A stretch of DNA of 64,000 nt from Eledone cirrhosa (taxonomy: Eukaryota). The translations under genes were made by a program, and so were the position numbers. The notes under the pieces are model-generated. The model was not told the origin of the DNA. It did no database searches and worked only from the letters and a program-made list of their open reading frames with translations. Numbering within the stretch: the first letter of the stretch is position 1; every line of letters begins with the position of its first letter. The stretch covers positions 75,888,001-75,952,000 of the forward strand of contig OZ024745.1 of the NCBI GenBank assembly GCA_964016885.1. The letters are read 5' to 3'. Of the stretch, positions 25,037 through 36,828 are shown piece after piece.

Positions 25037-25370
25037 GGAGGCACATGGCTTAGTGGTTAGAGCATTGGCCTTGCAATTGAAAGGTTGTGAGTTCAATTCT
25101 CAAAGCGGGTGATGTGTTGTTTCCTTGAGCAAGACACTTTATTTCACATTGCTCCAGTTTACTCAACTGTAGAAATGAGATGATAGGGACTGGGGCCCCT
25201 ATCATTCCACTGCAAAGTGGTCGTTAGGTGCCACGGCAAAAAAGCACCCAGCACTCACTGTAAATGAGGTTGGTGTTAGGAAGGGCATCCAGCTGTAGAA
25301 ATCAAGCCAGAATCAGTTCCCGTCCCACCCTTGCAAGCAGGGAAAAGCGGACGTAAAATGAAATGATGAT
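25037..25370 (+). mobile_element. Full-length tRNA-derived SINE with RTE family A tail
   Basis: A-box TGGCTTAGTGG, B-box GAGTTCAATTC, central domain ttgagcaagacactttatttcac, tail ccgtcccacccttgcaagcagggaaaagcggacgt identical to the RTE-A 3' end. Other copies at 25441-25750(-), 48457-48785(+), 53180-53505(+), 16681-16945(-). Confidence 0.9.
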
Positions 25371-25393
25371 ATATATATATATATATACATACA

Positions 25394-25442
<49 letters not shown>

Positions 25443-25779
25443 TCATTCATCATGATCATTTCATTTTTCGTCCGCTTTTCTCTGCTTGCAAGGGTGGAAC
25501 GGGAACTGATTCTGGCTGGATGCCCTTCCTAACACCAACCTTTTTTTGGCTGTGGCACCTCAACGACCACTCTACAGTGGAATGATATGGACTCCAGTCC
25601 CTATCATCTCATTTCTACAGCTGAGTAAACTGGAGCAATGTGAAATAAAATGTCTTGCTCAAGGAAACAACACATCACCCGCTCTGAGAATTGAACTCAC
25701 AACCTTTCGATTGCAAATCCAATGCTCTAACCACTAAGCCATATACCTCCACTATATATATATACATATATATATATTA

Positions 25780-26892
25780 TCATCATCGTTTAACGTCCAT
25801 CTTCCACGCTTGCATGGGTTTGGACAGGAATTTTCCCACTTGAGGTAAGATTGGTTGTCTTGCTCGTATAGGACTGTCTGGCGGGTTTTCTATGGCTGGA
25901 TGCCCTTCCTAACACCAACCACGTTTACAGTGTGGACTGGGAGGTTTTTACCGTGTTACCTACGCGGCCAGATTACAGCATGGACTGTGTGTTTTTTTTC
26001 CGTGACACCTACACGACCTCATTTATTTCGGACTGGATATTGTGGTACCAACATAACTTTACATTGAAAGGGGTGGTGTGGATGGGGTAGTGGGACAGGG
26101 GTGTATTTTTGTTAGAGTTGCCTGCTGACTGTAGGTATCGCTTTGTACTTAGACAAGGCAGGTCTTCTGTATTACTGTGTAGCGCCAAAGGTCTCGGTCC
26201 AGTGACATTGTCTTGGAGAGGTGTAAGTGTGTGAGGTCGGAATTTATCAAGTCGTCTCAGGTTTTTCTGGGTCTGCCTACTCCGTGGCTACTGTCTATTT
26301 TTATCGCCCTGCACTTTTTTATACAACTGTTGTCTTTCATGTGCATCACGTGACCGTACCAACGTAGTCTTCTCTCGAGTAAACAACATCTGATCCCTCT
26401 TATTCCTAATTTCTCCCTTAGTTCGTTTATGCTTTGCCGTTCACGTATATTACTGTTACACATCCAGTGGAGCATGCAAGCTTCGTTCCTCTCCAGTCTT
26501 CGTATATCCTCTGCACACAGTGCCGAAGTCTCACTGCCATGTAACATTGCTGTTCGTATGCAGGCATCATACAGCCTGCCTTTCATTTTTAGAGAGAACC
26601 TTTAGTGGCCAATAGTGGTATAAGCTCTCTGAACGTTTTCCATCCCGTTCTGACTAGCTACTGTACTTTCAGAGCACCCTCCACCACTGCTGATTTTGTC
26701 ACCCAGGTAACGGAAGGTGTTCACTATTTCTATAGAACCATCTGTGCAATGGAATGAGCTAGTATTCTGTGGGCACTTGCTGCTACTTATTGCACCTGAG
26801 CACCGGCCACATATAAAATCTATATTCTTAGTTAGCTTACCTGTGATGCCACTACATCATATATGCACCCATACTTTGCATTTGGGACATAA
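25780..26892 (-). mobile_element. 5'-truncated RTE family C copy (frameshifted)
   Basis: Colinear with 23035-24150, including the modular 3' UTR. Confidence 0.9.
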
Positions 26893-26962
26893 ATATAAAT
26901 ATATACATACATCTATATACATCTATATATATATACATATATATATATACATACATCTATAT

Positions 26963-26993
<31 letters not shown>

Positions 26994-27019
26994 CATACAT
27001 CTATATATATATATAGATG

Positions 27020-27087
<68 letters not shown>

Positions 27088-27216
27088 CATCTATATATAT
27101 ATATATACATACATCTATATATATATATATACATACATCTATATATATATATACATCTATATATATATATATACATCTATATATATATGTATATATATAT
27201 ATATATATACATCTAT

Positions 27217-27250
<34 letters not shown>

Positions 27251-27263
27251 ATACATCTATATA

Positions 27264-27301
<38 letters not shown>

Positions 27302-27307
27302 TATATA

Positions 27308-27345
<38 letters not shown>

Positions 27346-27608
27346 TATATATATATGTATATATATATATATATATATACATCTATATATATATATATAT
27401 ATATATACATCTATATATATATATATACATCTATATATATATATATATATACATACATCTATATATATATACATACATCTATATATATATACATACATCT
27501 ATATATATATACATACATCTATATATATATATATACATATATATATATAATCTATATATATACATATAATCTATATATATACATATATATATATAATCTA
27601 TAAATATA
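26893..27608. repeat. Compound (TA)n / (TACATC) microsatellite
   Basis: ~700 bp of TA repeats punctuated by ACATCT; a similar array lies at 29932-30625. Confidence 0.95.
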
Positions 27609-29730
27609 CATCATCATCATTTTACGTCCGCTTTTCCCTGCTTGCAAGGGTGGGACGGGTCTTATTCAGCACAGCATCTCTCCACTCGTCACGGTCCTTC
27701 GTCATCTCCACCGTGAGCTTCAATGATCTGAGGTCTGTTCTCACCACCTCCGGCCATGTTTTTCGTGGTCTACCTCTACCACGTCTTCCTTCAATTGGCA
27801 TTTCCTGGCACTTCTTCACCCATTGGTCATCCTCCATGCACATTACATGTCCATACCACCTCAGTCTCCTCTCCCGTACACTACATTCTATCCCTCTCTC
27901 AACACATTAATGCTGGGTCATTCGCGCACATTTACACTGCACGTCCAACGGAGCATGCTTGCTTCATTTCTCTCCAGCCGTCGCAATATCCTCTGCAGTT
28001 GCTGCCCATGTCTCACTACCATGCAGCATCGCGCTCCTCACACAGGCATCATACAACCGGCCTTTCGTACGCAGGGAGAAACCCTTCTTCGTCAACAGAG
28101 GAAGCAGCTCCCTAAACTTCTTTCAACCCGTCCTTATTCTAGATACTATGCCCTCGGAACACCCTCCTCCCATGCTAATCTGATCTGCTAGGTACTTCTA
28201 TAGCGCCCTCCTGCAGTTGAAAAATGTGTCTATCAATACGACTTCTACTGTCTAATTTCCCTGTACATCTACTGCATACATATTTCTCCCTACCTGTTAG
28301 TTTGCCTGCTATCCCGCTACATCTCTTGTGTACCCAGGATCTGCATTGTGTGCATTTTATAGAATTTATGCCAGTTCCTTTATTGCATATCGAACATGGC
28401 CATTTCCCTGACGGAATTAGGGTTTTGTCCTCTTTTCTACTCATCAACACTTTTGTCTTAGCTAGGTTCACTCTCAGTCCTCTTGCTTCCAACTGCTGTT
28501 TCCATAGCCAGAATTTATTCTCTAGCTCCTCTACTGATTCTGCTATAAGAACCAGATCGTCAGCATAGAGAAGTTCCCATGGACAGCCAGTCTTAAACTC
28601 CTCAGTTATGGCTTGGAGGACTATAATGAACAAGAGCGGGCTGAGGACCGAACCCTGATGTACTCCTACTTGTATCTGGAATTCCTCACTAAACTCTATT
28701 CCTACCCTGACTTTACTGAGAGTACCTCTGTACAAAGTTTGCACTGTCCTCACAAGCCATCCCTCAACACCTAGCTTCCTTAGGGACCACCAGATGACAG
28801 ATCGGGGTACCCTATCAAAGGCCTTCTCTAGGTCAACAAAGGCTAAGTATAGTGGCTTATTCTTCTCTAAGAACCTCTCTTGCAATTGTCTCACCAAGAA
28901 GAGGGCATCTGTTGTACTCTTCCCAGGCACAAAACCAAACTGCATCTCATCTAGTTTGACCCTTTTCTAATTAGTTGTGCTAATATCCCTTCTGCCACTT
29001 TCATAACCTGATCTATCAGTTTTATACCCCTATAATTGCTCCTCTCCAGAGCATCCCCTTTACCTTTGTAGCAATATATGAGAATACTGCTGCACCAGTC
29101 TTTGGGTATGCCACCACCATATATAGCCTGATTGATGATGCGTGCGACCAGTTTAGTGCCTACGTCCCCTGATGCCTTCAGCATCTCAGCAACTATTCCC
29201 AATGGTCCGGCAGCCTTACCATTTTTCATTTCCCTCGCCTTTTGTACCCTATATTCGTCAATCTCAATAGCTGGTCCCTCTGTCGGATCTACCAAGGGTA
29301 ATTTCTCTCTCTCCCATTTGTTCTCCACATTCATCAGTCTCTCATAATGACATTTCCAGGCCTCCTTTTTCTGATCATTCGTGACACTAAGTACACCGGC
29401 ATCATCCCGGACACATTTATCTCCAACAACATCCTGAAATGCATTGACACACTGCCTTGCAATGTGGAACACCGCACGCCTCTGATCTTCCCATCGCAGA
29501 ACATTGGCAAACCTCCTACTCTCCGCCTCCCTGCGTGCCAAGTACACCTGATGTCTAGCTTCTCTCTTAGTGGCTGTATATTCTTCCCTACTCCCACCCT
29601 TTTTCCAAGCCTTCCATGCTAGTTTTTTGTCTCTAATGGCCTTATCTACTGTGCTGTTCCACCACCAGGTCACTCTCTGTCTGGTTGGAGCTCTGCTCCA
29701 GCCACAAGTTACATCAGTAACAAGTTGTAA
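27609..29730 (-). mobile_element. 5'-truncated RTE LINE family A (pseudogenised)
   Basis: ORF pieces 28951-29754 and 28175-28945 (QFGFVPGKSTTDA, FVDLEKAFD, LYADDL). The ORF runs into the terminal tail, leaving almost no 3' UTR. Confidence 0.95.
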
Positions 29731-29764
29731 GTATATATATATATATATACACACATATATATAT

Positions 29765-29931
29765 TGTTATACTTGGGGAGGGTCATATTTGTGTAATATT
29801 GCCAGAATTAATAACAGAACACACTCACTGTTTGGTTGGTTTTCGCTTTTCGCTTCTGTGTCTTTTATATCGGTAATCTAATTTATTCGGTCCTCAATGT
29901 TGAGTACAACAGACCCTCCCCAAGTATAACA
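29765..29931. mobile_element. Short TG...CA element (solo-LTR-like or MITE) with 20-bp terminal inverted repeat
   Basis: tgttatacttggggagggtc ... gaccctccccaagtataaca, flanked by ATAT; sister copy at 48887-49069. Confidence 0.55.
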
Positions 29932-30044
29932 ATATATATATATATATATATATACATCTATATATATATACATCTATATATACACACATCTATATATATA
30001 TATATATATACATACATCTATATATATATATATATGCATACATC

Positions 30045-30082
<38 letters not shown>

Positions 30083-30165
30083 TATAAATATTTATATATA
30101 TATACATATATATATATACATACATCTATACATATATATATACATACATCTATATATATACATCT

Positions 30166-30224
<59 letters not shown>

Positions 30225-30292
30225 TATATATATACATATATATATATATATACATACATCTATCTATATATATATATATATACATACATCTA

Positions 30293-30334
<42 letters not shown>

Positions 30335-30413
30335 TATCTATATATATATATAGTAATAATAATAAAATTGAAGACTAAAATCCACTTTGCTTAAACTTTA
30401 ATCTGTTATATTA

Positions 30414-30458
<45 letters not shown>

Positions 30459-30537
30459 TATCTATATATATATATAGTAATAATAATAAAATTGAAGACT
30501 AAAATCCACTTTGCTTAAACTTTAATCTGTTATATTA

Positions 30538-30627
<90 letters not shown>

Positions 30628-30641
30628 AGATTGACTTTGTT

Positions 30642-30692
30642 AGTTTCAGAAGATCCCGTTAAGGGTGAAAGCAGCGATTCTTTGCTTAAACT
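30642..30692 (+). ncRNA. Type I hammerhead ribozyme, U4A variant (inverted pLTR copy)
   Basis: Stem I agttt/aaact, core CAGAAGA, stem II ccc-gttaa-ggg with U.U closure, GAAA, stem III agca/tgct, CUU site. Confidence 0.65.
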
Positions 30693-30892
30693 TTAATCTG
30701 TTATTGTAATAAATATTTGCTCTACGGTTCTTATATATTTGATATATATTTATCCTTATCGAGCCCTCTTTGGATTTTAGTCTTCAAATTTATTATTATT
30801 ACTATATATAATCTATATATATATATATACATACATATACATATATACATATATATATATACATATATACATACATCTATATATATATATAT

Positions 30893-33480
30893 ATTAAAAT
30901 AACAGATTAAAGTTTAAGCAAAGAATCGCTGCTTTCACCCTTAACGGGATCTTCTGAAACTAACAAAGTCAATCTGTAAACGCAGAAGTGGATATTTAAA
31001 AAAAACGTTGCAACCAGAGGAAGACAGGATATGATACTTTGGTTCGTGGAAACGTTCGCTGGCAAAGAACAGGAAAAAACGAATAAGATACTTCATTAAT
31101 AGGAGCGGTGAAAAACAATTATGCGCAAAGACAGAACCACGTTTAAGGTATAAAAGTGGTCGTAGACTAATGTTCTCTTAGGTGGTTCATAGAGACGTTC
31201 TCTGGCAATGAACGAAAAAAACGAAGATAATACGTCATGTGGAGCGTGGAGAACAATAACACGCAAAGACAAAACCACATAAATGGTATAGCAGAAGTCG
31301 TAGACTAAAAATCTAACTAGGAGACCGAATGAATCTCCGCTACAGAGTTAAGAACAAAGTAAATAAATACAGAAGTAATAGAAATAAATAAATGCATACA
31401 CGCAAACAAATACGTACATACACAAGCATACGCAAAAGACTTACCATCGGTATACAAAACCACGCACATATAAATATGTGTATGCGTGTACACAAATAAA
31501 TAAATAATTATATAAACGTATATAACAAGCGCACACACATACCTACATGTAAATACCAAAATGTTCGGAGACATAAGTCAACCAAAACATGAAGTACACA
31601 TATACACACACCCTACATACGTACGAACCTGCATACTCACACAGACGCAAAACTCCCGTATACACATAGCTTAACCATATGTACCAGAATAAAAAAAATA
31701 AAAAAATGATACGCCATAACATAAACAATCAAATATACGTACGAGAAGGTATACGTACCTTCATGAAACATACGGGTAATATATACTTAGCTATGCAAAT
31801 AAGTAATGGTATAAACAAAACATATACTTAGCTCCCACATCGAGACGTAAAATGTCCACGTATAGATCATACTATCCGTTAGGGTATAACGTAGGGCTGT
31901 AATACAGGAAAGTTTTGTGCAATTTATGTTTACAAGCCGAAATTGCCTCAGATTTTTTGTTTAAGATGTAGTCTGTGGCGTAGAGTATTTCCAGGGCCTC
32001 GGCGGCGCAGAGGTCACATGGTCTTTTATTTCCGTTATACGATCTAGCCCTAGCTAGGATCTCCCAGTGTAACTTATATTGGGTGTGGTTGTCTTTTAGA
32101 CTCCAGATATAAGCTGAAAGTGACGTCATATTCCTTCTTAGAGGGTAACGAAAAGAATGGGTATGCGTGTAAAGACGCTGCTTGAATCTATTGGCGGTTA
32201 ACCCTATGTAGGCCCTACGGGACGTGGGTATTACAACCTTACATTTGTAGACAATGTTACTAGAGAGGCATTTCCCAGATAGGGGGCAATCAACCCGATT
32301 CCTACAATTACAGTTAGTACTAACTACAGGGTTGCATGTGTTCCTACGGCTAGGTAGTTTAGCTAAATTTGAAGCTGTGATGTTATGTGCAAGGTTAGGA
32401 GTCGTAGAGTAAGAAATTTAAATAGTATTTCTATTAAAAATTATACTATATTTATGTGTAGGAGGAAAATGCTTCGTAATAAGGAAAGAAAGATCTTAGC
32501 TAATGGTGTGGCCACCTCCATATTATATGGTGGGTTATACCAACAAATGCGACGGGATCTATTTCTTCTAGGTCTATTTTCGTACTCTGTATATGCTACC
32601 TTATCGACAAATCCACTTCGAGCAACAGCTTCATTGTAATAAGTGGAATGGTCGTTGAAAATACTCTCGTTGGTGGAAAGACGGGAAAGCCTCAACGAAA
32701 CGTTTCTTACCAGGTTCTTGGTTATGCTGGCAGGATGGTTGGAATGCTTACTTATGTAATTAAGCGTATCATTCGGCTTTCTATACGGGTAATACAACCC
32801 ATTCAATAAATTGAGGGTAACGTCAAGGTAATTAACGACCGAGAGATTGGCCTCAACCTGTATAGAGAGGTTGAAGCCTTCAAAGAAGGCTGTGAGTTCT
32901 TTTCTGAACCTGTCGCAAGCACGAGGTCCGCACTTAGTCATGGTCAAAAGACCATCGTCACGGTACAAACCACCGCCCGCGTTGGGGAATTCGTCCTTGA
33001 TAGAGAAAAGAAGGAAAAGGCCGATAATATCAGTAACCTCCGCAGAATCACTGGCGCCCATTCTCACGTCGAATGGAGTACTATTGGATTTTTTAGAGTC
33101 GTCGAAATTAATCACCGACTTTCGGGCATTGAGGATGACATCAACTTCGAAATCCCTAACCACTGTGAGTGTTTTAGCGAAATTGATAGCTCTAAGGAGA
33201 AGTGGTAAAGTGATGGAGGAGTAGTAATTGTTGATGTCGAATTGGATAAAACGGCAATGTTCCTTGTTACATATGCCGTTGAACCAATCAATCACCGCGA
33301 AAGAATTGTTCCACAGTGCAAGAGGGGCCAAACTTCTAATTTCAGGTATAATTCTATCAAGAATCATTTTACTAAGTCTACCTAAATCGGACTTCGTAGG
33401 GTTAATAAGCCGAATAGAGGGGTTGTTCGGAAAATTGGATTTGTGATCCTTCAGGGTAAAGTGGGGAGAAATAGGGTCCA
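30893..33480 (-). mobile_element. Penelope-like retroelement, Naiad clade; 5'-truncated RT + GIY-YIG, pseudogenised
   Basis: RT motifs FIQFDINNYYSSI, MGASDSAE, LYRDDGL, YLDVTLNL. After a frameshift near 32475 the frame reads KHFPPTHKYSIIFNRNTI*ISYS, CNCR..CPLSGKCL..NIVYK..YIG..FKQR..H..SF, CDLC..E, NKKSE..ACKH; stop at 31872. Confidence 0.92.
30911..30961 (-). ncRNA. Type I hammerhead ribozyme, U4A variant (Naiad pLTR)
   Basis: Exact reverse complement of 30642-30692, in the sense orientation of the Naiad ORF near its 3' end. Confidence 0.7.
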
Positions 33481-34374
33481 GCATGGGTTAGACGGGTTGT
33501 CCTGTTGTGGGCAGTGTCTGGTCGGCTGACCATGCCTTGCTCATACAGGAACTGATTTGGCTTGATTTCTACAGCTGGATGCCCTTCCTAACACCAACCT
33601 CATTTACAGTGAGTGCTGGGTGCTTTTCGTGGCGCCTACACGTCCACTTTACAGTGTGGGCTGGGTGCTTTTTTGCCGTGGCACCTCCACGACCACCTTG
33701 CAGTGGGGGGTGTGGAGGCATATTGTCTATATGCTTCAGCTTGTACCCATGGGATGTCGGGTACTCTGTATACTGCGTGACGCCAGAGGTCACGGCCGTG
33801 TGTCATCGCCTTTGAGAGGTGTAATTGGGTAAGGTCGGCTTTTATCACCTCATCCCAGGTCTTCTTGGGTCTGCCCATTCCGCAGTTTCCATCAACTTCT
33901 AGTGCTCTGCACCTTTTTATGCAGCTGTCATACTTCATACGCATCACATGTCCATACCAACGCAACCGCCTCTCCTGCACACAGCATTTGATTCCTCTTA
34001 TGCTCAGTCTCTCTCTCAATTCATTTATGCTTTGTCGTTCACGTATATTACTGTTACACATCCATCGGAGCATGCAGGCTTCGTTTCTCTCTAATCTACG
34101 TAAGTCTTCCACCTTCAGCGCCCAGGTCTCACTACCATGCAACATCGCTGTTCGGATACACGCATCATACAGTCTGTCTTTCATTTTCAGGGAGAAGCCT
34201 TTTGCAGCTAGCAGTGGTAGTAGTTCCCTAAACTTCTTCCATCCCGTTCTTACCCTAGTTATTGTACTTTCTGAGCACCCACCTCCGCTGCTAATTCAGT
34301 CACCTAGGTAGCAGAAGCTGTCTACTGTTTCTACAGAGCCCTCCCAGAGATTGGTGGTACTTGTTTCCTGTGGC
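33481..34374 (-). mobile_element. 5'-truncated RTE family B with modular 3' UTR, terminal tail missing
   Basis: C-terminal peptide RLYDACIRTAMLHGSETW...GRPKKTW; the UTR matches 9606-9885 and joins directly to the Naiad RT. Confidence 0.9.
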
Positions 34375-34442
<68 letters not shown>

Positions 34443-35643
34443 GAAAGTATAGAAATTATTGTGACTGTGAATCCAACAGTATTTCATAATATATATATAT
34501 ATATATAAATGAAAGTATAGAAATTATTGTGAGCGTGAATCCAACAGTATTTCATAATATATATATATAGCAGAAAGACACGCTTAATAATGAAACAGAT
34601 CAGATCTATAAAAAAAAAGCTCTTCCAGCTGATTATAAGGCAGTGAATTGGCAATTATTATGGCAAATTAAATGTCTCAGCACTTGAGTTCAGATCTCAT
34701 TGAGGTCAACTTAACCTTTCATGCTATTTTGGTTGGTAAATAAAGTACTAGTTCAGGGATGGTGAAGTGTCAGATCAGATGCTTTGTGGCATTTGAGATC
34801 TGGCTCCATGCATTCTAAGTTCAAATCCCACATCCTTTTGTTAGGAGTTGTAACCAGCAGATTTTATCAGCAGTGGTAAGACCAATGGAAACAATGTTTC
34901 CTTCCTCTGATCTTAGGAATGGCTCCTTTCCTTTTTTTCCAGCTGATTGGCAAACCTTTGGTGATAATCATACAACTAGGTAGTAAAAGGTATGTAGCCT
35001 AGTAGTGGGTATTGAATTTGTCGTCATCGTTGTTGTGGGCTCAATTTACTCAACTGGGCAGTGTGTTGTGTTCTTGAGCAAGACGCTTTATTTGACATTG
35101 TTTTTTATGATGGGACTAAGGCCTCTATCATTAGACCACTCAAGAAACCTCCTGTGAGATACTTCATGGGAGGCCAGCTAAACTTATCTATTTCACTCTC
35201 CAAATCCTGCATTATATGTTTATTTCCGGAACTGTAACATTGCTCTGAAAATTCTTCCCTTTCTACATTAGATATCAATCTGCAGAAATTCAAACTAACT
35301 GCATGACTTTCCTCTTGGACTAAAATTGAAAAAAACAAAAGGCAAAACAGTTGTGTAATCTATAAGGTGTTCTTTCTTGTAAGTGAAATGGGATGCTGAT
35401 AAAGTAATGATCTACATAAATCTAAACTATAAAAGTTAGTAAAGAAGAATCTTGTCTAGAATGTCAAATATCATTTCTCCTAATGATATACCAACTTATT
35501 TTGTTGTTTTTTTTTGCCATTGGCTGTTGACCCAATTTCTATGTGAAATCTTTGATTAATGTTAACCTACAAGTAATTTTTGAAAATGACTCTTTTATCA
35601 AAAATGTTAATAAGATATAAATATATTCTTTACAGCTGAGATT

Positions 35644-35709
35644 ATGTCGGGAATTGCTGTGGGTCGTTTAGCTGAGGAAAGAAAAGCTTGGAGGAAAGAT
35701 CATCCCTTT
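35644..35709 (+). CDS. UBE2I: UBC9/UBE2I coding exon 1 ([22 protein letters not shown])
   Basis: Acceptor ttctttacag|ctgag at 35636, ATG at 35644, donor GTAAGT at 35710. The peptide is the canonical Ubc9 N-terminus; 66 coding nt. Confidence 0.98.
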
Positions 35710-36790
35710 GTAAGTTCTTGTCTTTAGTGTGTATTTTAAAATTAACTTTATTTGATCACATGATCTCAAAAGACTGCTAACTACTTCATTACATATAGAT
35801 GAGATCATTCATAACTATCAAATTTCTGTTTTTCATATGAAAGGTGATTAGAATATAATTATTGAGTGTATCTCTGTTTTTAAAGTCAAGGTATAAAATG
35901 ATAACCCATCTTGTTTTGAGATTTGAGATTTATAAATGGATTTTTATTACATTTTTATTTTTTAAATGATTTGAGTAATTAAATTATTGATAAACTCGTC
36001 AGGTAATATTGAGACACAAAATTGATTTAAAAGTGGTTTATAGTTTTTTATAAATATAGGCACACTATAACCTTAAAAGGACCTCATGATCCTCACAAAG
36101 CCATTTGTGTGATGCACGAGGAAAATGGCCTTAAGATATTTGGACAGTTGTGATCATTTTGATGTTTTGACATTTTGAAATAAAAAAAAAAAAAACAACA
36201 GAATCTGAAGAAATAAGTGGTGTTCTGTGTTAGCAAAAATTAATACAAACAATTCAAACGGTGAAATAAACTTTATACCATGAAGAAAAGTTTTTTTTTA
36301 ACAGAACTCTTGTTATAGAGGGGAGAAATGTCAAGTGGCATTGAAGGATAACTAAATTGAGATTAGTATTAGAAAAGAAGACATATAGAATGGAGAGGTA
36401 ACAAGTCTTAGTGAAGGGCAGCAGTCTGAATGAGAAGAAAATATTTGAAAAACATTGGTGTTGGAGGTTATGACAAAAATGATATACAAATCTACAAACA
36501 TATCCCACATACACATTTTTGTATACACTAGTGGGACCCATGGAAATTTTACGGAATGAAAAAAAATGAAAATTAAGAGGAGCTATTTAAGAAAGGATGA
36601 TTTGCATTTTTATTGCATATAAATCTTATTGTTGCCTGTGCAATAAATAATACAAAAATATGCAATAATAATGAATACAATGCTTAATATACATATCATT
36701 TGTTAGTATTTAATTTTGTTGAAGCTGGAAGATCAATATATAATTGCATATTCCTTATTACACAATATTTTATCATAATTACTTTACATT

Positions 36791-36828
<38 letters not shown>

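Noticed and set aside
25037-25110. tRNA gene
   Set aside because: The A/B boxes belong to a multi-copy SINE head; no proper acceptor stem or Pol III terminator.
26893-27608. Long YIYI/IYIY-rich ORFs (also 7.3, 10.5, 30.0, 45.1 and 49.1 kb)
   Set aside because: They are translations of stop-free (TA)n microsatellites, not proteins.
31800-32480. Possible selenoprotein Naiad (in-frame UGA plus SECIS), known for some Naiads
   Set aside because: The interruptions here are a frameshift and a TAA, not TGA at Cys positions. The ATGA...GA hairpin after the stop lacks a properly placed AA loop.
34436-34560. Tandem 55-bp duplication between TA tracts
   Set aside because: Consistent with simple slippage between microsatellites; no structure or coding signal seen.
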